DNA from: Deltaproteobacteria bacterium
GTDB lineage: Bacteria; Myxococcota_A; Polyangia; Fen-1088
Reading direction: 5' to 3'
Assembly (NCBI GenBank): GCA_033763315.1
Contig: JANRKS010000001.1
Location: 224,001-288,000 of the forward strand
Length of the DNA stretch: 64,000 bases
Positions 18,917 to 28,769 of this stretch are shown here, in pieces. Below the pieces are notes generated by a model, which ran no database searches, was not told the origin of the DNA, and saw nothing but the letters and a program-made list of their open reading frames with translations. Position numbers and translations under genes: made by a program. Within the stretch, counting starts at the first letter, position 1. Every line of letters begins with the position of its first letter.

Positions 18917-19459
18917 TTGTACTTCACGTTCATGCTTCCGAGATTTATCAACGGACTCGCAATGAGCTCTGCCTTGGTCGTTCTGATTGCCGGCAACGCG
19001 ATGGCGGATGGCGAAGCACCGAACACTGAGGGAACGGCGCCAACCATTTCCGTGCCAAGTCCAAAATTGACGCCCGTTGTAGGTGAACCGCCCGCTCCTG
19101 CGCCAAACGTGCCGCAATTCTTTGTGACCCTAGATCAGCTCGCGCAGCTGACTTACAAGGATCCATTGGTAGCGGAGCAGTTGTCGCGACTTATCGCTGA
19201 ACGGCAGAACGCGCGATCATGGCTCATCACCGGTTTGATCGCCGGCGGCGGCGCACTGGGGACGGGGCTGCTTCTTCGCCATTCGTGCGGTGATGATCCA
19301 GATTGCGACAGCGGTTCAAGGATGGTGCCGCTCGGCATCGGCCTGGTGGTGTTGGGCATTTTGGGTTCGTACATCATGTCGCCAACGCGGGCCCAGGTTG
19401 TTGACGTGGTCAACACGTGGAACGGGCGCCACCCAACGCAGCCGATCTATCCGCATTGA
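18917..19459 (+). CDS. Hypothetical membrane protein (start uncertain)
   Basis: Signal-like N-terminus, Pro-rich linker, two Gly-rich TM helices flanking CGDDPDC. Confidence 0.6.
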   Translation: MYFTFMLPRFINGLAMSSALVVLIAGNAMADGEAPNTEGTAPTISVPSPKLTPVVGEPPAPAPNVPQFFVTLDQLAQLTYKDPLVAEQLSRLIAERQNARSWLITGLIAGGGALGTGLLLRHSCGDDPDCDSGSRMVPLGIGLVVLGILGSYIMSPTRAQVVDVVNTWNGRHPTQPIYPH

Positions 19460-19535
19460 GCGATGCGTGTCTCGGGCAGACACCGGCGTTTTAAGCTAAG
19501 CCCTGTCGCCACTGGTCCATGCTATTCCTTGCCGC

Positions 19536-20225
19536 ATGGACGACGTGAATGCACTCAAGCTTGCAATCGATCGTGACGCCGGCTTGCGCGCTTTGCTGCA
19601 AGAGGTGGCGCCGAGGCTGGATGACGATCCCGGGCACGATCTGCAGCATTGTTTGCGTGTGGCGCTTTGGGCCGTGCGAATTGGGGGCGTCACTGTTGTG
19701 GCACGCAACGCCATCGCCGCAGCGCTGCTTCACGATGTGATCAATTTGCCCAAAAACGCACCCAACCGAGCGCAAGCCAGCCAGATGTCCGCGGACGAAG
19801 CGCGACGTCTGCTACCAGCGCTTGGTTTTTCACAGGCCGATGTGGAGCAGATCGCCGACGCCGTTCGCGACCACAGCTTTAGCCGGGGCGCTATCCCCGC
19901 CACGCCGCTCGGTAAGGCTTTGCAAGACGCCGATCGTCTTGAGGCGCTTGGAGCGCTGGGGCTGTGTCGCACGATCTCCACCGGCACGCGCATGGGCGCG
20001 CGGTACTTCCATGCCGACGATCCATGGGCGCGACAGCGTGCTCTCGATGATCGCGCCTTCTCCGTGGATCACTTCTTCACGAAGCTCTTTGGTCTACCCC
20101 AAACAATGCAGACCGAGATGGGAAAGAAGGAAGCGCAACGTCGCGTAGCTTTCTTGCGCGCGTTTTTGGATCAGTTGGCTGACGAGCTCGGCGTGCCGCT
20201 GGCCGCTCAAACGGAGCCAGCATGA
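19536..20225 (+). CDS. HD-domain phosphohydrolase (YedJ-like)
   Basis: GHDLQHCLRV, ALLHD, HSFS, QDADRLEALGA, DHFFTKL. Confidence 0.9.
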   Translation: MDDVNALKLAIDRDAGLRALLQEVAPRLDDDPGHDLQHCLRVALWAVRIGGVTVVARNAIAAALLHDVINLPKNAPNRAQASQMSADEARRLLPALGFSQADVEQIADAVRDHSFSRGAIPATPLGKALQDADRLEALGALGLCRTISTGTRMGARYFHADDPWARQRALDDRAFSVDHFFTKLFGLPQTMQTEMGKKEAQRRVAFLRAFLDQLADELGVPLAAQTEPA

Positions 20226-20268
20226 AGACCCCAATAATTTCAACGGTTTGAAAATTTATCGTCCGTCC

Positions 20269-20295
20269 TGTCGATTGTCACAGGCCCCGATCGTG
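20269..20295 (+). promoter_or_regulatory. Second ECF42-type promoter
   Basis: TGTCGA-N17-CGTG upstream of a DGPF/YciI gene, the classic ECF42 target. Confidence 0.55.
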
Positions 20296-20350
20296 GTTCT
20301 CACAGGATGGCATGTCGCTGTTCCTGCTTTTCAACGTCTTCGAGGAGTCA

Positions 20351-21091
20351 ATGATGCGCTTTTTAGTGATGCACAAAAATGATGCGAACACCGAAGCTGG
20401 GAACCCGCCGCCCAAGGACGTGCTTGAGGCGATGCCCGCGTTCATCGGTGAATACGCGGCGTCGGGGCGGCTCATTGATGGGGCGGGGCTTGGTGGCAGC
20501 AAGACGCGCACGCGGTTGGTGTTTCGCGACGGGAAGTGCACTGTTAAGGCGGGGCCCTATAAGGGCGAGCACGAGTTGCCTGCGGCCGTGCTGAAGTTGA
20601 AGGTGCGCACCCGCGAAGAAGCCATCGGATGGGCGGAGCGCTATGGAAAGATCTTGGGCGACGGTGAGATTGAGTTGGGCAAGATCAATGAACCTTGGGA
20701 CCTCGGCTTGATGCCTGAGCCAGAGAACGCGCCGTTGCAGATGCTGCTTATCGATAAGGCCGATGCCGCTTCTGAAGGTGGCGGCCGCAGTGCTGAACAG
20801 AAGGCAGCCATCTCGCGGCTAAAAACAGAGATGACGAAGGTCGGTGTTCTGGTCAATTCGATCAGTTTGCAACCCAGCGCCAAGGCCAAGCGACTGCACT
20901 TCACGAACAATGAGCTGCGCGTGGTTGATGGCCCCTTCATGGAGTCGAAGGAGCTCATCGGTGGTTTTGTGGTTATCGACTTATCCGGGATGGATGAAGT
21001 GATTTCGATGTGCAAAGCCTACGCGAAGATCTTGGGCGGAACGTTGCAGATCGACGTCAGGCTGTTGGAGGTAAGCGAACCGACAAGCTAG
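20351..21091 (+). CDS. Tandem YciI/DGPF-domain protein
   Basis: Two YCII units; VDGPFMESKELIGGF; GAGGAG RBS. Confidence 0.88.
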   Translation: MMRFLVMHKNDANTEAGNPPPKDVLEAMPAFIGEYAASGRLIDGAGLGGSKTRTRLVFRDGKCTVKAGPYKGEHELPAAVLKLKVRTREEAIGWAERYGKILGDGEIELGKINEPWDLGLMPEPENAPLQMLLIDKADAASEGGGRSAEQKAAISRLKTEMTKVGVLVNSISLQPSAKAKRLHFTNNELRVVDGPFMESKELIGGFVVIDLSGMDEVISMCKAYAKILGGTLQIDVRLLEVSEPTS

Positions 21092-21113
21092 CGCAAGGCC
21101 ACACATTTCAGCG

Positions 21114-22331
21114 CTAAAGACCCGCGCCCTTGCGCACCCGCAATCCCGCATGAACAGCAACGTTGTCGAACATCACGTGCGCCACGTCGCGCGGCACCCA
21201 CGTGATGTCGAGCTTTGGATCCGCTGGCTGGCAATACATCGGATCGGCGGGATGCATCTGGCAAAACAGCCGCTTTTCCTCGTTGCCGCCGAAGAACGTG
21301 CTGAAGAAGATATGGCGAATCAGTGACGCCTTCGTGGTGGTGGCGCGAAAGCGCATGCCGGTGATGCTTTGAGCCAGCTTGCCATCGAAGTAAACTTGCG
21401 CGATGCCGTCCTTGGCCGTGGCTGAGCTGTTCAACTTTACGTAGACGGTGACACCGCGCCATTGGCCCGTCACGAAGGGCATTTTCGTGCGCAGGCGCGC
21501 CCCACACAAGCCTGGCGTGCGGCTTTGTTCATAGACGTAGAGTTCGGCGGCGCCGTCTTCTCGCCACATCACACGCACGCTCCAGCGCGCTGCCCCTGGG
21601 TCTGTTCTCAAGCCATCGCCAACAATGCTGCAGCCGCTGTCCCATTCCTTCGCTGAGAGGCCCGGCAATTTGCCGCCGCGGCTCCAGTCATAACCAGGCT
21701 CGAAATAGATGTCGTAGCTGAGCGAATATTCCGCTGCATACGGCAGCTCGACCACGTCTTGCAGGACGTCGGTGGCCGTGTTCGTGTAGTAAGGAAAACA
21801 CTGGCCCGTGGAGCCTGGTGGGTAAGGTGGCCTATCGTTTTCCGGCGGCAAAGGAAACAGGGGCGGCTCTTTGGTGAAGGGATCATGCTTGACGTGCAAA
21901 CACGGGGTGGACTTCAAGCCGCACGTCGCTTCAACGCGTACGTGCTTCTTCCATTTACAGGCGTTAAGCCAAGTGTCACCTGCGCGCAAGCCGTCGAAGT
22001 TTTGGCTGTACACGAGCTTCGCGTTGGGCGTTTCAATGAGCACCGGATCGTCGATGTCATCGATGATCCGCTGCACGGGTTCATCGACGTCCGTCGGATC
22101 CATAGACGGGTCATGGGCGCCTGTGCCACCGCTGTCTGGCGCGCCGCCCGCGCCTTGGGGCTGATTGCCACCAGATCCGCGCTGCGTTTGACCTCCGTTG
22201 CCACCGCCACTGTTTGCGTTGTTGTCCGCACTTTGATCACTTTGGCAGGCGAACAACACCATGGCGAAGCACAGCAACACACGGCAACCTTGAATGATCC
22301 TGTGAGGGCGAGACATGCTCGCCGATCTCAT
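21114..22331 (-). CDS. Polysaccharide lyase family 14-like lipoprotein (true start probably 22316 or later)
   Basis: LSYDIYFEPGYDWSRGGKLPGL, WSVRVMWR, FSTFFGG; lipobox LFA-C; Gly-rich linker. Confidence 0.8.
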   Translation of the reverse strand: MRSASMSRPHRIIQGCRVLLCFAMVLFACQSDQSADNNANSGGGNGGQTQRGSGGNQPQGAGGAPDSGGTGAHDPSMDPTDVDEPVQRIIDDIDDPVLIETPNAKLVYSQNFDGLRAGDTWLNACKWKKHVRVEATCGLKSTPCLHVKHDPFTKEPPLFPLPPENDRPPYPPGSTGQCFPYYTNTATDVLQDVVELPYAAEYSLSYDIYFEPGYDWSRGGKLPGLSAKEWDSGCSIVGDGLRTDPGAARWSVRVMWREDGAAELYVYEQSRTPGLCGARLRTKMPFVTGQWRGVTVYVKLNSSATAKDGIAQVYFDGKLAQSITGMRFRATTTKASLIRHIFFSTFFGGNEEKRLFCQMHPADPMYCQPADPKLDITWVPRDVAHVMFDNVAVHAGLRVRKGAGL

Positions 22332-22347
22332 CGCAAGGCGTGTGCCT
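22332..22347 (-). promoter_or_regulatory. Sigma-54 (-24/-12) promoter of the PL14 gene
   Basis: Minus strand AGGCAC-ACGCC-TTGCG vs consensus TGGCAC-N5-TTGCW. Confidence 0.65.
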
Positions 22348-22458
22348 GCTCAAAGCGTGAACGAGGCGAAGCGCTTCAACGGTGTGCGCACACGCCTTGT
22401 GGCGAAGCTGCGCAACGTTGTCCCTTTCTTGCACAACGCGGTTCGTGCGAACACGCGC

Positions 22459-23151
22459 TTAGATTCCGTCTTTAGACGCCTTCTTCTGCCCCTTGTTCTG
22501 CGCTTGGGATCGCTGCTCTTTCTCTGACATGCCCGCCAAGGGGTCGTCATTCAACTTCATCTTGGGCGGCAGTTTGGGCACGGTGGCGGAAGCGGGCACC
22601 GCCTTGTTTTGTTTTGCGGCGCTTGCGGTGGCCGCCGCCAAGGCCTTCGCTGTGACTTCAGACGTCACACGATCGGGCGCCACAACTTCGGCCTTCTCCA
22701 CCGGAGGCGCAGCGGCCTTCTCCTTCTCGCCAGGAAACTGCATCCGCTCCTTCGTGGCGGCGGGCGCCTTCGTCGGTTCGGCCCGCGTGTTGTGGTTCAA
22801 CAGCCCATCCAGCGAATCTTTCGGCGCGGCGGCGACGTCCTTTCTTCGTGCCGGCGGGGCCTTGGCTGCACCGGTGCCAAGCTGCATTTCATCCAGGGTC
22901 ACGAGCTCTAGATCTGCAGATTTGGGGGCAGGCGCTTTGGCGGGAGCGGCCGCTTCCGAGCGCTTCGTGGCGCTTGGTTTAGGGGCGGCCTGGCAGGGGT
23001 GCGTTGTGACGACGGCCATCGACGCGAGCGCGGCCACACCTAAGCAGAGGTTGCGCGGCAGGAACCCTTTGGGCGACTTTGGCGGTGACAGGCGTGTCGT
23101 CAGCGCTTGCAGGTATGGCATTGTCCTTTTTGAACACGTAAGCCCGAACAA
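22459..23151 (-). CDS. Secreted low-complexity Ala/Pro/Lys-rich protein (start uncertain)
   Basis: Hydrophobic signal-like segment followed by APK-rich, probably disordered sequence. Confidence 0.55.
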   Translation of the reverse strand: MFGLTCSKRTMPYLQALTTRLSPPKSPKGFLPRNLCLGVAALASMAVVTTHPCQAAPKPSATKRSEAAAPAKAPAPKSADLELVTLDEMQLGTGAAKAPPARRKDVAAAPKDSLDGLLNHNTRAEPTKAPAATKERMQFPGEKEKAAAPPVEKAEVVAPDRVTSEVTAKALAAATASAAKQNKAVPASATVPKLPPKMKLNDDPLAGMSEKEQRSQAQNKGQKKASKDGI

Positions 23152-23222
23152 ATGGGAAGACCCGCCTCACATGTTTAGGGGGGCCTGATGCGCTCTGCCC
23201 TAAATCGGCATAGACTAAACGT

Positions 23223-23417
23223 ATGTGGTTCCCCGTCGACGAGCCCTGGCAATACCGAGTCCTGGATCAACTTGCGCCGGGGATCGATTCTGAGCAGCTG
23301 ATCCAGGCGCGTGCGGCGACGCCGACCGAACGGGTCGAGGCCATGTGCCGCTTGGTAGAGCTTGCAGAGCAGATCGGGCGCTCCCTGGCTCGCCAGCGCA
23401 CGGACGAGCGATCGTGA
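23223..23417 (+). CDS. Small protein of the type found upstream of minimal nucleotidyltransferases
   Basis: GIDSEQLIQARAATPTERVEAM helix motif; stop overlaps a downstream GTG (GTGA). Confidence 0.5.
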   Translation: MWFPVDEPWQYRVLDQLAPGIDSEQLIQARAATPTERVEAMCRLVELAEQIGRSLARQRTDERS

Positions 23418-23455
23418 CCAACTTTGCCGAGCTGTTCGGCCATCTCGCCTTAGGG
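23414..23455 (+). pseudogene. Possible truncated nucleotidyltransferase N-terminus
   Basis: Coupled GTG start, MTNFAELFGHLA, then the resemblance is lost at the convergent GH42 gene end. Confidence 0.35.
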
Positions 23456-23466
23456 AGCTCGCGGGA

Positions 23467-25677
23467 TCAGACGCGCGCGTTGTCCACCAAAAGGCATTCG
23501 ATGTCGTCCACCTGCAACGTTGGCCCCACCGGCCCCGGCCGATCGAGGGCGGTGGCTCGCCGACCGGCCAAAGCGGACTTGAGGTTCACGGTTTTGCGCT
23601 CACCGCCTTGATTGAACAAGAACCAGGCTTCGCGCTGCTCAAGCACAAGTCGCCGCCTTGGGACGCCATCAAGGTGGTCTGCTTCGATGCCCAACGTTGC
23701 GAACAGCCGCTTGATGAACGCCGCGTTTGCCGTATCTGCATTTAGTTGTCGCGCGATGCCGGGGTGCGTTCCCAGCAGCGTCAACGTGCCGGAGGCCTCG
23801 GCGCCTACTTTGGTGGCGGGCACGTGAACGCCAACGATTGTGTTTTGATCTAACAGCACGGGTCGGGCCGCCGAATTGGGCCGCAGCTTGAATTCCTGCA
23901 GAACGTGGCCGGGCGCGATTTGGGTGTCCTTGCACGTCGACGATCCAGTGCACATGTGAAATGGCAGTTGGTCGATAGTTGCGTTGCTACCTGAAGCGGC
24001 GATCGGTTGCAGCGCCTGGCCATCCACACCCAACCAATCTTGCAACACGGGGTTAAGGAAGGCCGTGGCGGCCACGCCATGCTCATTGAGGTGGCCTGCA
24101 CCGGCTTCAAGGATCACATGACCGCCGCCACGGACGTGCGCGATCAACGCTTGCGCCGTGGCGTTCGACATCGCGATGCCAAAAGGCCACCACAAAAGCT
24201 TCGGCAGCTTCTCCGTTGTTCCAAGCGAACCCACGTCAACAAACGTTGCGGGCACAGCGGCGTCCCATGCCAAGCGGTAGGCCCCGCGGTAAGCGGCTTT
24301 GAACGCACGCAGAACCTCTGCGCCTGTGGCTTGCGCGATGTGCTCTGCGTCTTGCGACACGATGAGGCCAAGTGGAGCGGGTGCAGGAGACGCTTCCGAA
24401 AAGAAGTCTGCGTGCGCCGCCAACGCACGCCCCATGTCGCCCGCCGCTTGGGCCCTGGGCCCAACGCTGCCGTCTGCCTCTAAGAGCCCAAACCCATGCG
24501 CTTCATTCCACAACAGTTCAGGTCGGTGGTTCCAAAAGCAAATGCCCCGCGCGCCGATTGCCAAACTGCACATCATCCAGCGCCGCACATCGCGCGCAGA
24601 CGGCGTGCGCTTTAGCCCCAGCCCTTCGCCGATGGGCCCACCCTGCAGTTCTGCCGCCCAAAACGGCTTGCCGGCCGCGGCCGCGCGCGTTTGCTCCAGG
24701 GCCATCAGCGGCGATTCCCATTCGCCTGTGGCCCAATCCGGATAAACGGAAGAGCCAAATACATCAACGGAGCGAGCCAAAGCGAAGTCCGACGACGAGC
24801 CCAACGTGGGAGCTGAGACGTGTGTCATCACCGGGCGCCGCAGTGGATCGCCTTTCGCGAAAAAACGCGCCTTCCACGCCAACGCATCCTCAAAATAATG
24901 CGCGTCCATGAACGCACGCCAATCGGTGGTGGAAGGAACCATGTGAAACACCCGCGGCGGTTGCACATCCGAGAACGCGACGTAGGGCGTAAGCCACGCC
25001 TCGTTGAGGCGCTCAATCGATCCGTATTTTTCCCGTAACCAACGCCGAAAGGCAGTCAGCGTGTGAGGGCAATAACAAAGCTTGCCGTGACCCGCACGCA
25101 GGGCCCACGAATAAAAGCCCACCTCTTGCCACACATTCCACATGGCAATGTTGCTGTGTTTGGCCAGCCGCTTGACCACGGTTGACATGAATCGCCCCGC
25201 GGCCGCGCGCACGCCTGGATGATGCCAACACGGACCCGGTTTGCCATCGGCCGGCACCACGTAGGCGCCAGGATCAACGTTGGGCAACCCATCCTCGAAC
25301 ACCATCACGGCGTCCGGAAATTTCTGCCACAGCCACACGGGCGCGTGCTCCATCGTCACGCCGAAGAACACGCGCAAGTCGTTCTGCTTGGCGGCCGCAA
25401 TCACGCGCTCCACATTCGAAAGATCCACGTCGCCTTCGCGGCGTTCGTCATAAGCCCATGATTCTTGAATCTTGATCATTGAAAACCCGAGCTTCTTGAG
25501 CGCGGGCAGATCGGCCAGCAACTGCGGCAAGGGCAGGTGTGGCTCGCGATAGATGTGCGTGCCGAATGGAAACCAAGGCGGCTCGGCTGCGGCGCGTGCC
25601 ACAAACGGGGAGGAGAGGGCCGCCGCAGACGAGGCCAAGGCCGCTTGCATGCATTGACGGCGGGTTGCTTTCATCAT
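23467..25677 (-). CDS. Tat-exported GH42 beta-galactosidase-like glycosidase
   Basis: TRRQCM twin-arginine signal; HAPVWL, WNVWQE, CYC, FRRWLREKYGSIERLNEAW, AELQGG; trimerisation-like domain. Confidence 0.85.
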   Translation of the reverse strand: MMKATRRQCMQAALASSAAALSSPFVARAAAEPPWFPFGTHIYREPHLPLPQLLADLPALKKLGFSMIKIQESWAYDERREGDVDLSNVERVIAAAKQNDLRVFFGVTMEHAPVWLWQKFPDAVMVFEDGLPNVDPGAYVVPADGKPGPCWHHPGVRAAAGRFMSTVVKRLAKHSNIAMWNVWQEVGFYSWALRAGHGKLCYCPHTLTAFRRWLREKYGSIERLNEAWLTPYVAFSDVQPPRVFHMVPSTTDWRAFMDAHYFEDALAWKARFFAKGDPLRRPVMTHVSAPTLGSSSDFALARSVDVFGSSVYPDWATGEWESPLMALEQTRAAAAGKPFWAAELQGGPIGEGLGLKRTPSARDVRRWMMCSLAIGARGICFWNHRPELLWNEAHGFGLLEADGSVGPRAQAAGDMGRALAAHADFFSEASPAPAPLGLIVSQDAEHIAQATGAEVLRAFKAAYRGAYRLAWDAAVPATFVDVGSLGTTEKLPKLLWWPFGIAMSNATAQALIAHVRGGGHVILEAGAGHLNEHGVAATAFLNPVLQDWLGVDGQALQPIAASGSNATIDQLPFHMCTGSSTCKDTQIAPGHVLQEFKLRPNSAARPVLLDQNTIVGVHVPATKVGAEASGTLTLLGTHPGIARQLNADTANAAFIKRLFATLGIEADHLDGVPRRRLVLEQREAWFLFNQGGERKTVNLKSALAGRRATALDRPGPVGPTLQVDDIECLLVDNARV

Positions 25678-26843
25678 TGCACGGCGAAGCGCTGAAGAGC
25701 CTTCATGTCCAATTCGATTCCCAGGCCTGGCCGCGTGGGCGGATGAATCAAGCCATCTTTCATGGTCAGTTCAACCGAAAGCAAATCGCGGCGCAAAGGC
25801 GAATCAGACATATCCGCTGGCACATACTCCACGAATGGCACGTGAGGTTGGCTCAAGGCCATGTGCACCGAGGCCGCAATGCCAATGCCCGTTTTCCAAC
25901 AGTGCGGCACAACCAGGCGCCCGTGATCTTCGGCCATGTGGCACACGCGCAAAGCTTCCGTGAGGCCACCAACGCGGCCCACATCGGGCTGCACCACGGC
26001 GAGTTGCCCGCGATGAATGAGATCCGCAAACTCAAAGCGCGTGTTCTGCCACTCGCCCGCGGCGATGCGCATCGGAGCATGCGTGGCCAGATGCGCGTAT
26101 CCTGCCAAGTTATCGATTTGCAAAGGCGTCTCCACGAAGAACAAATCAAGATCGCCCCAGTCACGCAAAGTGCGCAAGCACGAATGCACATCCCACCAGC
26201 GGTATTGTACGTCCACCATCAAGGTGAAGTCCCGTCCGGCGGCTTTGCGGCACGCGGTGAGGATTTCGGTCATTTGTTCATCGGTGCCCGAAAGGCCCGC
26301 GTGCCGATACGGCCCCGCCAGCGTGCATTCGCATTTGGCCGCCCGGAAGCCCGCCGCCTTCACCCGTTCGATCCAATCGATCAACGAGTCGCCATATTCG
26401 CGCACGGTGTTGCCATAGGGCTGCAGCGACGCGTAGGGCGTGGCCCCAGGCCTGTGCGCGCCTCCCATCAGCTTGTAGGTGGGCAGCCCCGTGGCTTTGC
26501 CCTTGATGTCCCATAACGCCATGTCGATGGCGCCCATGGCGGCGATCACGGCGCCACGACGTCCGGTCATGCAGGTATACGTGTAAAGCTTTTGCCACAG
26601 CGCGGACGTGTCGAACGGATCGGCGCCGATCAGAAGCTCTTTCATGCCCAACGCCATTGTGTGCGTGCCTGGCGCCTCAATGGCCGCACGCGCGACGAAC
26701 GGCCCCGTGTCTGTCTCGCCAACGCCGGTGATGCCTTCGTCGGTGTGCACCAACACCACGATGTCGTCTTGTGCAGAGCTTGTGGCGTCTTTGCGGATCT
26801 GCGGCGACTGCAAGACGAAACATTCGATGTCACGGATCTTCAT
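25674..26843 (-). CDS. Mandelate racemase/enolase-superfamily sugar-acid dehydratase
   Basis: VHTDEGITGVGE, AIDMALWDIKGK, metal ligands D/E/E (MVDV, VETP, AGE), QPD, PH, PGLG; ATGA overlap with the upstream gene. Confidence 0.92.
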   Translation of the reverse strand: MKIRDIECFVLQSPQIRKDATSSAQDDIVVLVHTDEGITGVGETDTGPFVARAAIEAPGTHTMALGMKELLIGADPFDTSALWQKLYTYTCMTGRRGAVIAAMGAIDMALWDIKGKATGLPTYKLMGGAHRPGATPYASLQPYGNTVREYGDSLIDWIERVKAAGFRAAKCECTLAGPYRHAGLSGTDEQMTEILTACRKAAGRDFTLMVDVQYRWWDVHSCLRTLRDWGDLDLFFVETPLQIDNLAGYAHLATHAPMRIAAGEWQNTRFEFADLIHRGQLAVVQPDVGRVGGLTEALRVCHMAEDHGRLVVPHCWKTGIGIAASVHMALSQPHVPFVEYVPADMSDSPLRRDLLSVELTMKDGLIHPPTRPGLGIELDMKALQRFAVQ

Positions 26844-27766
26844 TTCACATTCCTTTGCGATGGACGATTCACGTAAATGCGGCACAGATGCGGCGCCAGG
26901 CCGCGCACCGGTGATCGCAAGTGAAACAACGCGCCGCCGGTCGGCTGCGCCGATGCACTTATGGGGGCCAAGCGGCTGGCCACACGCTCGGCGGCGGTGG
27001 TGATGAACACGTCGCACAGATCATCACCGCCAAAACACAACGACGTCACCTGACTTGCGGGAAGCGCCACGCGTTCGACGATGCAGCCGGCTGGGTCCAA
27101 TCGTAGAACACAGCCGCCCCAAAACATCGCGCACCACAAAAAGCCGTCTTCGTCTACGGCGAGTCCATCCGGAACGCCCGCGTCGATCCCGAAGGCGTGC
27201 AATGTGCGACGGTGCTGAACGCGACCTGTTTCCGCGTCGTATTGATAAGCAAATATCGAACGCCTTACGCTGTCGGTTGCATACAACACACGTCCGTCGG
27301 GAGACGTGGCGACCCCATTGGCCAAGTGGTACCCACGATCAAGGGCCGTGGCGGTGGCCGTGCGCCCTTCTTCACTGGCAAGGCTCCACAGCGATCCAGG
27401 CGCATAGTCGTGTTCTTCACGAAAATGCTCGGCGCCGCCAATCATACGTCCGCGGGCGTCCACGTAAACGTCATTGAGTGCAGGGCCAGCATGGCCATGC
27501 CCCTGCACCTCGATTGGATGCACCCCTTTATCTAAGTAACGCAGGCCTTCAGGGCCCGCCAGCACGAGCCCTCCGTCGACGTGCTCGCACACACACGCGG
27601 CTTGCCATTCATCGCATAAGGTTGCGGCGCTGGGCTGCGCACCGAGGTTTATCTGCAAAACCTTTTTGTCACTGCAGTCGGTGACGACGAGCCTGCGTTG
27701 GTGCGGAAGCCACACGGGCGATTCGGCGCACTTCAAATTCAGATCTAGGATTGCAGAGATTTTCAT
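26840..27766 (-). CDS. SMP-30/gluconolactonase/LRE family sugar lactonase
   Basis: AESPVW, LND..VDARGR, ANG..TSPDG, PDGLAVDEDG, TSLCFGG. Confidence 0.9.
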   Translation of the reverse strand: MKISAILDLNLKCAESPVWLPHQRRLVVTDCSDKKVLQINLGAQPSAATLCDEWQAACVCEHVDGGLVLAGPEGLRYLDKGVHPIEVQGHGHAGPALNDVYVDARGRMIGGAEHFREEHDYAPGSLWSLASEEGRTATATALDRGYHLANGVATSPDGRVLYATDSVRRSIFAYQYDAETGRVQHRRTLHAFGIDAGVPDGLAVDEDGFLWCAMFWGGCVLRLDPAGCIVERVALPASQVTSLCFGGDDLCDVFITTAAERVASRLAPISASAQPTGGALFHLRSPVRGLAPHLCRIYVNRPSQRNVK

Positions 27767-28758
27767 GGTTCCGCCGCCCGAGCATCAAAACGCATTACGA
27801 GAAGGGCCCCGGCGAGCGTCAACAAAGCGCCCGGCACCACGGCCCATGTCAGCGGCTCGCGCAGGAACAGGGCGCTCAAGATCACGCCAAACGCTGGCAG
27901 CAAATACGTGGATAGCGACGCCACGGTGACATCGAGCCGCGCCAGCGCGCGGAACCACAGCAGCATCGCCAGCGCCCACGGAAACGCGGCCAACACGGCC
28001 ATAGCCACCCACCCGCGAACGGTGAGTGCGCGTAGGGCGTTTACGGCGCCGGGCTCGAACCAAGCCACGGCGATCAAGCCAGCGCCTGTGGCCACCAGAT
28101 AGCTGTAAGCGATCAATTCAACGCCTGACCAAACAGTGAGCACCCGCTTCGCAAGCGTGTTGTAGATCGCGCTTGATAAGCATGAACCCAGAACCAAAGC
28201 CAAACCCAGCGCCGCTTGTGTTGGCGCCTCACCCGACGAAAGCGCGGTGCCATCCCCCGGTTGGGCAAGTGAAAGCCACAGGCCGCCCGATAAAGACACA
28301 ACAAGGCCGATGAGACGCACCAGGGTCAAACGTTCGCCGAGCAGGGGCCACGCCACCAGCCCTGTGAGCACGGGCGTTGATAAACCAATCAGCGCCGCGC
28401 GTGAAGCACCAACCTTGCTTTCTCCCCAAGCCAGAAGGCCCACCGCGGGAATGAGGCCCAGCAAACTGGCGGCTGCAAACGCGGCCCAGAAGGCACCGGT
28501 TTGTGGCTGAGCGACTTGCCGCTGTCGCGTGCGGCGCACCGCCACGGGCAAAACCAAGAGGCAAGCGAGGCTGAGGCACACGACGGTGAGGGTGAGCGGC
28601 GGAAGCTGCGCAATCGCTACGCGGCTGGCGGGGTATTGCAACGCCCACAGCGCATTGACCAGCACCAAAAGACCCATGTTGCGAAGCGCAAGTCCGCGTC
28701 GCAAAGTGGTTAAACCACTTGTGGGAACAAAGCTGGGTGAAGTGTGCAACGCCGCCAT
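27763..28758 (-). CDS. EamA/DMT family transporter (start 28758 or 28677)
   Basis: About 10 TM helices; LLGER and FLREP EamA repeats. Confidence 0.88.
   Translation of the reverse strand: MAALHTSPSFVPTSGLTTLRRGLALRNMGLLVLVNALWALQYPASRVAIAQLPPLTLTVVCLSLACLLVLPVAVRRTRQRQVAQPQTGAFWAAFAAASLLGLIPAVGLLAWGESKVGASRAALIGLSTPVLTGLVAWPLLGERLTLVRLIGLVVSLSGGLWLSLAQPGDGTALSSGEAPTQAALGLALVLGSCLSSAIYNTLAKRVLTVWSGVELIAYSYLVATGAGLIAVAWFEPGAVNALRALTVRGWVAMAVLAAFPWALAMLLWFRALARLDVTVASLSTYLLPAFGVILSALFLREPLTWAVVPGALLTLAGALLVMRFDARAAEP
28704..28720. promoter_or_regulatory. FadR/GntR-type operator (internal copy)
   Basis: Perfect palindrome AAGTGGT-TAA-ACCACTT; arms identical to the site at 30296. Confidence 0.75.
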
Positions 28759-28769
28759 GGTCAGCAAGC

